A stretch of 64,000 nucleotides of DNA from Bacteroidota bacterium. Lineage in GTDB: Bacteria > Bacteroidota > Rhodothermia > Rhodothermales > JBCDJV01. Positions 44,373 to 52,720 of this stretch are shown one piece after another. How positions within the stretch are numbered: position 1 is the first letter of the stretch; each line of letters opens with the position of its first letter. The notes under the pieces were generated by a model. That model did not search any database. It was given only the letters and a program-made list of their open reading frames with translations, and was not told where the DNA came from. The stretch is taken from positions 16,521-80,520 of the forward strand of contig JBCDJV010000010.1 of NCBI GenBank assembly GCA_038747425.1. Reading direction: 5' to 3'. Both the position numbers and the translations under genes were made by a program.

Positions 44373-45533
44373 TCACGCAGTGCTCGTGGAGAGGGCCGGT
44401 GCAACCGGCTGCTGCACAACCGGCAAGGTGAAGCCAAACGTGGAGCCCAGCCCCGGGGTGCTCTGCACCTGCAGCGTGGTGCCGTGGGCACTCAGGATGT
44501 GCTTGACGATGGCGAGCCCCAGCCCGGTGCCGCCCTGCGCCCGAGACCGGCTCTTGTCCACCCGGTAGAAACGCTCCGTAATACGCGGCATGTGTTGGGG
44601 CGCGATCCCAATGCCGTCATCGGCAATGGACACTTTGATGACGGTCTGATCGGTCCGCAACGCCTCTTCGTCGCGCTGGAGCTTGGGCGTGCGTGACTGG
44701 GCCCGGACGATCAGCTCCACATGGCCGCCCTCCGTGTTGTACTTGATGGCATTCTCGACCAGATTGCTCAGCACTTGGCGAATGCGCTCGCTACTGCCGA
44801 AGGCCTCGGGGAGGCCCTCGCGGACCCGACTGTGCAACGTGACGCCGCGGCCCGCCGCCAGGGGCTCCAGGGAGTCGATGACCTCGTGCGCCACTTGGGC
44901 CAGATCGAACGGGACCCGCTCGATCTCCAGCTCCCCAGTCTCGATCCTGGAGATCTCAGACAGGTCCTGGACCAGGTTGGTCAGTCGGTCGGCGTTGCGC
45001 AGGATGCGCTCCACGAAGGAGCTGCGCACCCGCTCATCGTCCAAGGCCCCGCCCAGCAGGGTCTCGGCGAAGCCACGGATGGAGAAGATGGGCGTCTTAA
45101 GCTCATGGGACACGTTGCCGAGGAATTCGCGGCGGTAGTTCTCGATCTTTTTGAGCTCTTCAATCTCTTTCTCCAGGGCGAGACCGGTGCGGTACACCTG
45201 CCAAACGAGCACGTTTAGCTCATCGCCCTTGGGCACCCGAGCCAGCTCCAGGCTTTCAAACTGGTGGTTGCGCACTTGCCGGAGCACGTGCATAGACAGG
45301 TTGAGCCGGTCCGTGATGACCCGGTGGGCCACCACATAGCCACAAACGGCCAAAAACAGGGCCCCCAGAGCGCCTTGCCACGCGGGGATCGCCCAGCCAA
45401 CCAGGCGGAGCACCAGCCACAAGGCCCCCCCTGCGGCCATCATCCCCAGGGCCACGCGGATCGCCACGAGGCTCAGCGACGAGTGCCGCAGCCGACGTAC
45501 GAGGGGGTCGATAAAGTCAGAGGAGGAGTCCAC
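44373..45533 (-). CDS. membrane sensor histidine kinase (PhoR-like)
   Basis: Two N-terminal TM helices. H-box VSHELKTPIFSIRGFAETL. N/G boxes NLVENAIKY, DDGIGI and GTGLGLAIV. GTG start. Confidence 0.9.
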   Translation of the reverse strand: MDSSSDFIDPLVRRLRHSSLSLVAIRVALGMMAAGGALWLVLRLVGWAIPAWQGALGALFLAVCGYVVAHRVITDRLNLSMHVLRQVRNHQFESLELARVPKGDELNVLVWQVYRTGLALEKEIEELKKIENYRREFLGNVSHELKTPIFSIRGFAETLLGGALDDERVRSSFVERILRNADRLTNLVQDLSEISRIETGELEIERVPFDLAQVAHEVIDSLEPLAAGRGVTLHSRVREGLPEAFGSSERIRQVLSNLVENAIKYNTEGGHVELIVRAQSRTPKLQRDEEALRTDQTVIKVSIADDGIGIAPQHMPRITERFYRVDKSRSRAQGGTGLGLAIVKHILSAHGTTLQVQSTPGLGSTFGFTLPVVQQPVAPALSTSTA

Positions 45534-45724
45534 GGTCGTCTGGGCGCCGATCGGTCCAGCAGGGGGGTGATGTACAGGGCCTACACCCCATCGTGGCAGA
45601 TGTACGCCCAGGCCATCGGTGCGTTCAGCGCGGGCTCATCTCCGCGCGATGTAGGCACGCGGCTAGCAGCCATCGGATTCGTCCACACACGCCGGCGTTC
45701 CCCCTTGACGGGCCGACCAGCCTC

Positions 45725-46450
45725 TTACTCTCTGAATTTGTAGCCGACGCCTTTGACGGTCTCCACGTAGGCGCTGCCCAGCTTCTCGCGAATCTTTCGG
45801 ATGTGGACGTCCACCGTGCGGTCCACCACATACACATCGGGGCCCCACACCTGATCTAGCAGCTCCTGCCGCGTGAACACCTTACCGGGGTGCGAGGCCA
45901 GAAAGTGGAGTAACTCGAACTCTTTTCGCGGGAATCGGAGGGAGAGCCGTTCTCCGCCCTCCTGCCGGTACACCAGATACCGGTCTCGGTCCACCTCCAG
46001 GTCGTGCACGGTCAAGAGGTTGGGGGGGGTTTCGCTGCGGCGGGCGCCCCGGACCAGGGCTTTCACCTGGCTCACAAAGACCGGGACCGAGATGGGCTTG
46101 GGCAGGTAGATGTCGGCGCCCACGTCCAGGCCCTTCACGTGATCCTCCTCATCGCTGAGCGCGGTCAGCATCAGGATGGGGATCGTGCGAAGGTGGGCGT
46201 GCCGCCGCAGCCGCCGACAGACCTCCAGCCCGTTCATGTTGGGCATCATGATGTCCAGGACGATGAGGTCCGGATCCAAGGATTCGGCCTGCTCCAGAGC
46301 CTCGACGCCATCATGCGCCCGGCTCACCTCAAACCCTTCGTTTTGCAGATTGTAGTGGAGCAACTCCAGAATGTCCTCCTCGTCGTCCACGAGGAGCACG
46401 TGAGGAGCACCGTCAGGGGCGGCGGCTCCGTGGGCAGTGTGATCGTCCAC
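45725..46450 (-). CDS. OmpR/PhoB-family response regulator
   Basis: Receiver domain (VLLVDDEEDI ... DLIVLDIMMPNMNG ... YLPKP) plus winged-helix output (FTRQELLDQVWG ... DRTVDVHIRKIREKL ... VKGVGYKF). Confidence 0.95.
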   Translation of the reverse strand: MDDHTAHGAAAPDGAPHVLLVDDEEDILELLHYNLQNEGFEVSRAHDGVEALEQAESLDPDLIVLDIMMPNMNGLEVCRRLRRHAHLRTIPILMLTALSDEEDHVKGLDVGADIYLPKPISVPVFVSQVKALVRGARRSETPPNLLTVHDLEVDRDRYLVYRQEGGERLSLRFPRKEFELLHFLASHPGKVFTRQELLDQVWGPDVYVVDRTVDVHIRKIREKLGSAYVETVKGVGYKFRE

Positions 46451-46568
46451 GGCGGTAGCGGGGCCTGGTCAGCGGGTGATACGGGGCGTAAGGTAGCCGC
46501 CGACCACTCGTGGCCCATTATGGAACGGTTAAAACCCGTGGCCCGACGGCCAGCGGTCTAGCTCCAAT

Positions 46569-46769
46569 CTACCGGACGATCTCGTGAAAAACGACCTCTC
46601 CCGTATCCAGCATGCGACGTACATAGGGATGGCACAGTTGGCACCGCGCCCCGAACTCGGTGTGGTTCTGCAGGGCCTCTACCGAGGCCGCGCCATGCTC
46701 CTCGGCCAGGCGCTTGAGCTCGGCGAAGCGTTTCTGAAAGCAGTAACAGCGGTCGATGTGGACAGCCAT
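46569..46769 (-). CDS. BFD-like (2Fe-2S)-binding small protein
   Basis: 66 aa with Cys pattern CxC ... (about 35 aa) ... CxxC (RCYC ... RCQLC). ATG overlaps the upstream TGA by 1 nt (TGATG at 46767-46771). Confidence 0.7.
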   Translation of the reverse strand: MAVHIDRCYCFQKRFAELKRLAEEHGAASVEALQNHTEFGARCQLCHPYVRRMLDTGEVVFHEIVR

Positions 46770-47860
46770 CAGCGATCCTCCACCCGGAAATCGATGAAGG
46801 TGGGGGCGATGCCCGCCACGAAGGAGCCCACCTGGACGCCGTCCCGATCGTGGATGGTCACGCTCCCGCTCTCGGTGAAGCTGGCCACACGGCCTACGTA
46901 GAGCCGCTCGGCCTGCGCATCGTAGGCCACCGCCCCAATCGGATCGCCGGGCAGTTCCAGGGTCCCGACGAGGGCGCCGGTCCGGGTGTCGAAACGGAGT
47001 ACGGTCGTGGGGCCTTGCACCACGTACAGCTCGTTGGCGGCCTGGGCCCAGTAGGCGTCCTGGCCGGGCCCGCTGGCCCCCAGCTGTGTGTCCAGGTCCA
47101 GCCGGTCGATGACGGCCCCCGTCTGCGCGTCCAGGATGCGCAGCGCCCCCGGCACCTCGCCCACCGGGTTGAAGTCGGCGTCGAAGAGCGTCCGGCCGGT
47201 GCAGATCACGAAGACATCGTCCTGGATGTCGCCGGCCATCACAAAGCGCGGGCCGGCGCAGTCTACGTCTACCGTTTCGATGACGGTGTCCGTGTCGGTG
47301 TCGATGACGGACACGCTGGATCCGGCCCCGAAGCCATGGTTGGCTACATAGGCGCGGTCGCCCACCACGGCCACGCCCTCGGGGTTGTCACCCACGTCGA
47401 AGGTGCTGGTCACGGTGCCGGTCTGCAGGTTCACCACATCCACGATACCCCCCGCAAAGTTCTCCTTGAACAGGTTGGTCACGTACGCCTTGTCGGCGTC
47501 CACCTGGGCCATGTAGCGAGGGCTCACGAGGCCTTCCACGGCCGAGGTGCGGGCCCCGGTCTCCAGTTCCACGATCTCCACGCGGGCCCCGGTGTTGGCC
47601 ATCACGAAGAGGCGATCTTCGGTCAGGAACAGGCTCTGGATGATGGAGCCGATGTCGGCCAGCAGGGGCGCCGCGGACTCAGTGGCGGGGTCGTAGACGG
47701 TCACAGAGCCGTTGCCGTCGGAGAAGTTGCCTTGGTTGGCCACGTAGACGCCCGTGGTGATCGGCTCGGGGTCATTGTCATCGCCGAACAGCTCGCAGCC
47801 AGGGAGCAGCAACAGCAGCAGGGCGAGGAGGGCCGGGGTGAGGCGGGAGGGGTTCATCAT
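46769..47860 (-). CDS. beta-propeller surface lipoprotein (YncE-like / possibly BtuG-like)
   Basis: Lipobox LLLPGC. Repeated VYVANQGN / AYVTN / AYVANHG propeller motifs. Sits immediately downstream of the riboswitch-controlled TonB receptor. GTG 47881 is an alternative start. Confidence 0.75.
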   Translation of the reverse strand: MMNPSRLTPALLALLLLLLPGCELFGDDNDPEPITTGVYVANQGNFSDGNGSVTVYDPATESAAPLLADIGSIIQSLFLTEDRLFVMANTGARVEIVELETGARTSAVEGLVSPRYMAQVDADKAYVTNLFKENFAGGIVDVVNLQTGTVTSTFDVGDNPEGVAVVGDRAYVANHGFGAGSSVSVIDTDTDTVIETVDVDCAGPRFVMAGDIQDDVFVICTGRTLFDADFNPVGEVPGALRILDAQTGAVIDRLDLDTQLGASGPGQDAYWAQAANELYVVQGPTTVLRFDTRTGALVGTLELPGDPIGAVAYDAQAERLYVGRVASFTESGSVTIHDRDGVQVGSFVAGIAPTFIDFRVEDR

Positions 47861-47881
47861 GAGGGGAGAGAGTCTGCGCAC

Positions 47882-49795
47882 TTAGGGAGAGAGATCGAAC
47901 AGCAGCCGCACCCGCGCATGGCGAGGCGGCAGCGGGTAGTCTTTGATGACAGCGTAGGGCCGGTCGGCCAGGTTGTCCACATCGACGGCCAAGGTGAGCG
48001 TACCCCCACGGAACGGGGCCGCGATGAAGGCCCCGGCGTCGACCGTCACGAACGGATCGAGCGCCTGCCGACGGTCACCATCGGTGGTGACGTAGCGGCG
48101 CCCCACGTAGCGAGGCAGCAGGTCGGCGCCGAGTTGGGTTGGCCCCACGGTGCGGGTGAGCCCCAGGCGGACCGTGGCCTGCTCCAGGGGGACATACCGC
48201 AGCGGCTGGTTGTAGCTGCGCCGGGTGGGGTCGGAGCGGTCGCGGGCGTCGGTGAGGGTGTAGGTGAGCGCCAGGGCGGCCACGCCGAGGGGCGTGGGGC
48301 GTTCAGTGCGGAGGGAGGCCTCCAGCCCGCGGAGTTGCACGCGCTGGTTGTTGAAGGCGGCCCAGAACCCGGCGTCGGTAGGCTGCCAGACGATCTGATC
48401 GCGCACGCGGCCCGCATAGACGCCCAGCTCGGCCTGGAGCCGGGGCCATGCGCCGTGCACACCCGCATCGGCCATCCACCCGCGCTCAGGCTGGAGGGTG
48501 GGGTCGCCACCGGGCTGCCAGAAGCGATCGTTGAAGGTGGGCATCCGAAAGGCGCGGCCTAGGCTGGCCTTGAGCCGCAGCGGGCTGGCGCCCAGCCGCA
48601 GGTTGGCGCCCAGCCGGGGGCTGAGGGCCGTTCGCCGGACACCGTCCACCCAGTAGGCGTCGACGCGCAGGGCCGGGTAGAGCAGGAGGGGGCCGTACTG
48701 GCCGGTGCCGTGCACAAAGGCTCCCAGGCGAGCATCGCGTGCCTCGTCCTGAAGCGACGGATGGCGGGCGGTGCCCAGCCCGGCGGCGAGGCCCGTGCCT
48801 GCAAGCCAGCGGCGGCCTAGCACGCGCTGCGCCTCGGCGTCGAGGGCGGCCGTCCAGGTGCGGCCGGTGTCATCCACGCCGAGTCCCGGGTGGAGGTAGC
48901 GCAGGCTGCTGCGCTGCACGAGGGTCTTCACCGTGGCGGCCGTGGCGCCCGCCTGCACGCGGGTCTGCCCCCACAACCGCAGGCTGCGGTCCCACTGGCG
49001 CTCCCCGGTGGCGGGTGTGGTGGCCAGGCCGGGGAGGCCGCGCTCGGCGTCGCTGTACCAAGCCCCGAAGCGGACACTGTGAGCCGGGGCGGTGTAAGCC
49101 AGCGTCCCGAACAGCGTGCCCTGCTGCCGATCGGCGTTGGTACGGCGCTGCGACCGGGCCGGGACGGTCGTGGTGTTGAGGTACGAGAAGGCCCCGTCGG
49201 CCTGGCGCCACTCGGCGGCGGCGGCCCCCTGCCAGCGACCTACGCCGTGGGCCACGAGGGCGCTGGTGGCTCGGTCGCCAAAGGCCCCAGCCGCGAGCTG
49301 AGCCCGTACGGCGGGGGCTCCGGTGGGTCGGTAGCTGCGCAGGTGGAGGACGCCGCCCAGGGCATCGCTGCCGTAGACCGCCGAGGCGGGGCCATGCATG
49401 ACCTCGGCCCGGTCCAGCAGCACGCTGGGCAGCAGCGCCAGGTCGAGCTGGCCCAGCTGAGGATCCGTGAGGCGGAGGCCGTCCAGCAAGACGGCGGTCT
49501 GCGAGGCGCCGGTCCCCCGGAGCGACATCGAGGCGAGGCCCCCGGCGCCGTAGCGACGGATGAAGACGCCGGTCTGCGCCTCCAGGGCATCGGCCACCGT
49601 GTCCGCGCCCAGGCGACGCAGCGTGGCCGCCTCCAGCACGGTGAGGCGGGCGGGCGCCGCGGCGGCCTGCACCGGGGTGCGGGTGGCCGTCACGGTGACG
49701 GGGGGCAGCAGGTAGGTGGTATCAGGGACCGGCTGAGCGACTGCGTTGAGGGTCAGCAGGCCCAGCAGCCCTGCCCACACGAAGCAGAAGCGCAT
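47882..49795 (-). CDS. btuB: TonB-dependent receptor, likely cobalamin/corrinoid receptor
   Basis: Signal peptide. Plug motifs (VTVTATR ... DALEAQTGVFIRRYG ... SLRGTGASQTAVLLDGLRL). C-terminal aromatic-terminated barrel. Preceded by a cobalamin riboswitch. The substrate assignment is inference from the riboswitch. Confidence 0.85.
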   Translation of the reverse strand: MRFCFVWAGLLGLLTLNAVAQPVPDTTYLLPPVTVTATRTPVQAAAAPARLTVLEAATLRRLGADTVADALEAQTGVFIRRYGAGGLASMSLRGTGASQTAVLLDGLRLTDPQLGQLDLALLPSVLLDRAEVMHGPASAVYGSDALGGVLHLRSYRPTGAPAVRAQLAAGAFGDRATSALVAHGVGRWQGAAAAEWRQADGAFSYLNTTTVPARSQRRTNADRQQGTLFGTLAYTAPAHSVRFGAWYSDAERGLPGLATTPATGERQWDRSLRLWGQTRVQAGATAATVKTLVQRSSLRYLHPGLGVDDTGRTWTAALDAEAQRVLGRRWLAGTGLAAGLGTARHPSLQDEARDARLGAFVHGTGQYGPLLLYPALRVDAYWVDGVRRTALSPRLGANLRLGASPLRLKASLGRAFRMPTFNDRFWQPGGDPTLQPERGWMADAGVHGAWPRLQAELGVYAGRVRDQIVWQPTDAGFWAAFNNQRVQLRGLEASLRTERPTPLGVAALALTYTLTDARDRSDPTRRSYNQPLRYVPLEQATVRLGLTRTVGPTQLGADLLPRYVGRRYVTTDGDRRQALDPFVTVDAGAFIAAPFRGGTLTLAVDVDNLADRPYAVIKDYPLPPRHARVRLLFDLSP

Positions 49796-49829
49796 AAAAA
49801 AGCCCTCACCTCAATGCAGAGGTCAGGGC
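49796..49829 (-). terminator. intrinsic-terminator-like hairpin of the riboswitch expression platform
   Basis: Minus strand reads GCCCTGACCTC-TGCATT-GAGGTGAGGGC (10 of 11 bp paired), then UUUUUU, then directly the AUG at 49795. Confidence 0.6.
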
Positions 49830-50170
49830 CGTCACAGGCTTGCGCCAAGCGGCACAGGCACACGTCGGGGGCGGTGGACACAGGATTGGTCCGGTGCGAG
49901 ACACCCCCACGGGAGACGACCACCGTCCTCAAGGTCCCGGAGGCGGGTGGCACCGCGGCGGCGGCAGGTCTCCTGGCTGACCGTGGCTGCGCAGCGAGGC
50001 TGAGCGGGCACAGACCACCGGCCAGACTCGGCCCGGCTCCTTCCCATGCCTAGCGGCACAGTGGAGGCGGGCGTCGGCGTCAGCCGGTATCACACGGATC
50101 ACAGTTGCGGGTACAGCGCTGGACCAGGCCCATGGGGGGCGTTCCCAGCTTCCCTTTTAATCGACCCCAC
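49830..50170 (-). promoter_or_regulatory. cobalamin (B12) riboswitch
   Basis: The minus strand carries AAAAGGGAAGCTGGGAACG ... GCGCTGTACCCGCAACTGTGA ... CCACTGTGCC ... GGGAAGG ... and the B12 box GTCAGCCAGGAGACCTGCC (plus-strand coordinates 49963-49981). Order and spacing fit the cobalamin riboswitch consensus as I recall it. Confidence 0.85.
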
Positions 50171-50383
50171 TCGCGCAGGGCCGAACCGTCGGCGGATGTA
50201 AAAGAACACCTTCAAGGTAGGCGCCCACAACGGAGAATGCGAAACGGTAAACGTGAAATATGCGGTGAGGGGGAAAGCCATTACCTGGTCTTGACGCGGG
50301 CATGGTGCTTCGATATCCTGAGCGCTTGCATCCGGGTTGGACCGGGACCCCGTCCATTTAGAGGCTGACTGTGCAACGACCCC

Positions 50384-51400
50384 ATGACGCCGTTCATCCA
50401 AGCCGTTGAGGATCGTTCTGCCACGCTGCGGCCCCGCTCATCGAGCCTAGTGCCAGCGCTCCTTGTCGTGCTCGCGCTGGCTTCGGCCTGCATGGAAGCT
50501 CGTGCCCAGAGCAGCGACCCTGACGCCGCCCGCATCGTGACCGATGACATACGGCGGTTCTGGGAGGCCTACGATCGGCTGGGGCCCGACGCCACAGAGC
50601 AGGACAGCCTCCGCGTATTCTTTGAGGGCTACTACCTCCCGGCGAGTCCGGGGCTGCGGGACTTCATCCAATTCAGGATGGGGAGCGTCTACAACCTCAT
50701 CGACCAAATCAACGCCCACCCTGCTTACTATGCCTCGATTCGGGAGTCGACGCTTCGGGCCGCCTCCTTTGATGACGAGATTCGAGCCGCGTACCACGCT
50801 CTCGACGCACTCTACGACGACGCCGTCTTCCCCCACACCTACATCCAGATCGGGATCCTGAACTCTGGTGGCACCTACACCGAAGACCGGTTGCTCATCG
50901 GCGCTGAGATGTACGGGCTGACGCCGGACACGCCGATGGACGAGCTGAGCGACTGGCACAAGGCGGTCTTGAAGCCGGTCGAGGAGATCCCCCACATCAT
51001 CGCCCATGAGCTCGTCCATTACCAGCAGCAGCACCCGGACTCAGTCGACACGCTGCTCTCCCAGTCTATCCAGGAGGGCGCGGCCGACGTCATCGCTGAG
51101 CTGATCTCGGGGCAACATGTGAACGCACACGTCCACGCCTGGGCCGACCCACGCGAGGCGGCGTTGTGGGCGGAGTTCAGCGCGCGAATGGACGGGGACG
51201 ATTTCTCCGGCTGGCTCTACGGTGGAGATCGCGAGGCCGACCGCCCGGCCGATCTCGGGTACTGGATGGGCTACAAGATCGTGCGGGCGTACTACGATCA
51301 GGCCGAGGACAAGCGGGCGGCGATCCGCGAGATTCTCACCATCGAAGACTTCGGGGCCTTCCTCGCCCAGAGCGGGTATGCCTCACGTTTCGACGATTGA
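50384..51400 (+). CDS. DUF2268-like putative Zn-dependent protease, secreted
   Basis: Signal/lipobox-like LVVLALASAC. HExxH motif IIAHELVHYQQ followed by QEGAAD. Confidence 0.75.
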   Translation: MTPFIQAVEDRSATLRPRSSSLVPALLVVLALASACMEARAQSSDPDAARIVTDDIRRFWEAYDRLGPDATEQDSLRVFFEGYYLPASPGLRDFIQFRMGSVYNLIDQINAHPAYYASIRESTLRAASFDDEIRAAYHALDALYDDAVFPHTYIQIGILNSGGTYTEDRLLIGAEMYGLTPDTPMDELSDWHKAVLKPVEEIPHIIAHELVHYQQQHPDSVDTLLSQSIQEGAADVIAELISGQHVNAHVHAWADPREAALWAEFSARMDGDDFSGWLYGGDREADRPADLGYWMGYKIVRAYYDQAEDKRAAIREILTIEDFGAFLAQSGYASRFDD

Positions 51401-51515
51401 GCCCCGCCGCACGCGCCCCTGCACGCTGGCACAGGCGCAAGGCCTTCTCGCTCGGATCCTGCCCGTCCCTGATTGACCTGGGTGGGTCGACGATGCGTCT
51501 GTTGAACGGCGGGCG

Positions 51516-52325
51516 CTACGGGCGGGCGGGCTCGGCCCCGTTGGCCTGGAGAACGTCGGCGGCGGGCTCGCTCTGAACGTAGTCGAGGAAGTGCTGCACG
51601 GCCGGCGAGGGCGTGGAGGTAGCCACGAGGTAGGCGTCGCGCCAGAGGGGGTAGGCGTCATCCGACGGGAGGAGACCGTCGATGGCCACCGTGCGGAGGG
51701 CGCCTTGGCTCTGCTCCACGCGGGTCTCGGTGGTCATGCCGATGCTACCGGGCGTCTCGGCGAGGTCGCGCGCCATGGGACCAGAGCGGGGGTGTAGGAC
51801 CACCGTCTCGGCCAGGGTGAGCGTGAGGAGGCAGGGGGCGTACTCGGCCACCACCTCGCCGTCGACCTCCGTGAAAGGGCGGAGGCGAGGGGCCACGGGC
51901 AGGTCCGGGCCGCCCAACTCTTGCCACGAGGTCACCGTCCCCGCGTAGAGCGCGCACAGGTCAGCAGCGGTGAGGCTTTCGAGGGGGACGCTCTGGTGCA
52001 CGGCCATCACCACGGCGGTGCGGGCAAACCGGTGCGGCGTCAGCGAGCGCGAGGTCAGCGCCTCGGCATCGAGGCCGTGGCTGGCCATGGCCAGGTCGAT
52101 GTGGCCCGCCGCCAGGGCATCCAGGCGCTCCGTGGGCGTGAGGCCTTGCCGCACCTGCATGGGCCGACCTGGGTGAGCCCGCTCGTAGGCGGCGGCCAAC
52201 TCGGTTACCAGGGCATGCACGCCTGTGGAGCCGTCGATGCGCAGCGGCTGCGGCGGCGACGACGGGGTGCAGCCTGCCAGCAGGAGGCACAGCACGAGCA
52301 GCAGGGGGGCAGTCACAAAGCGCAT
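51516..52325 (-). CDS. PstS-like periplasmic substrate-binding lipoprotein (PBP type 2)
   Basis: Lipobox LLLAGC. LRIDGSTGVHALV ... GHIDLAMAS ... YAGTVTSWQELGG resembles the phosphate-binding-protein family. No pstCAB genes are adjacent. Confidence 0.75.
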   Translation of the reverse strand: MRFVTAPLLLVLCLLLAGCTPSSPPQPLRIDGSTGVHALVTELAAAYERAHPGRPMQVRQGLTPTERLDALAAGHIDLAMASHGLDAEALTSRSLTPHRFARTAVVMAVHQSVPLESLTAADLCALYAGTVTSWQELGGPDLPVAPRLRPFTEVDGEVVAEYAPCLLTLTLAETVVLHPRSGPMARDLAETPGSIGMTTETRVEQSQGALRTVAIDGLLPSDDAYPLWRDAYLVATSTPSPAVQHFLDYVQSEPAADVLQANGAEPARP

Positions 52326-52345
52326 AGGGACAGGAAGGCGGACCA

Positions 52346-52708
52346 TCAGCGACGCGAGCGGCGGCGATGCGTGAGGGCGCTCCGTACGGCGGCTCCGGCT
52401 CCGCCACTCAGGCCTGCCCCCAGCAGCCCGATTACGCCGGTCACAGCGGCTAGCACGGCCGGCGTCTCCACCCCGGCCATGGCCGCCACGCGGTCGGTCA
52501 CCAGGGCCGCATCGCCCATCAGCAGGTACAACGCCATACCCAGCCAGAGGAGCCCGCCGCTGGCCGCCCCGATGGCCAGACCACGCCCCACGCGATGCTC
52601 ACGGACCACCGTGTAGGCAAACGGCACGATCAGGATCCATCCCCAGAAGGAGGTCGTCAGGTGCAGTACGGCAAGGAGCAAAAGGCAAAGAAGAATCCCG
52701 ATGAGCAT
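52346..52708 (-). CDS. hypothetical small membrane protein (4 predicted TM helices)
   Basis: GC3-rich ORF of 120 aa, very hydrophobic, with a basic C-terminus RRRSRR. Tightly packed between the acylase and PstS-like genes. Confidence 0.6.
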   Translation of the reverse strand: MLIGILLCLLLLAVLHLTTSFWGWILIVPFAYTVVREHRVGRGLAIGAASGGLLWLGMALYLLMGDAALVTDRVAAMAGVETPAVLAAVTGVIGLLGAGLSGGAGAAVRSALTHRRRSRR

Positions 52709-52720
52709 GGCAGTGGGGCG

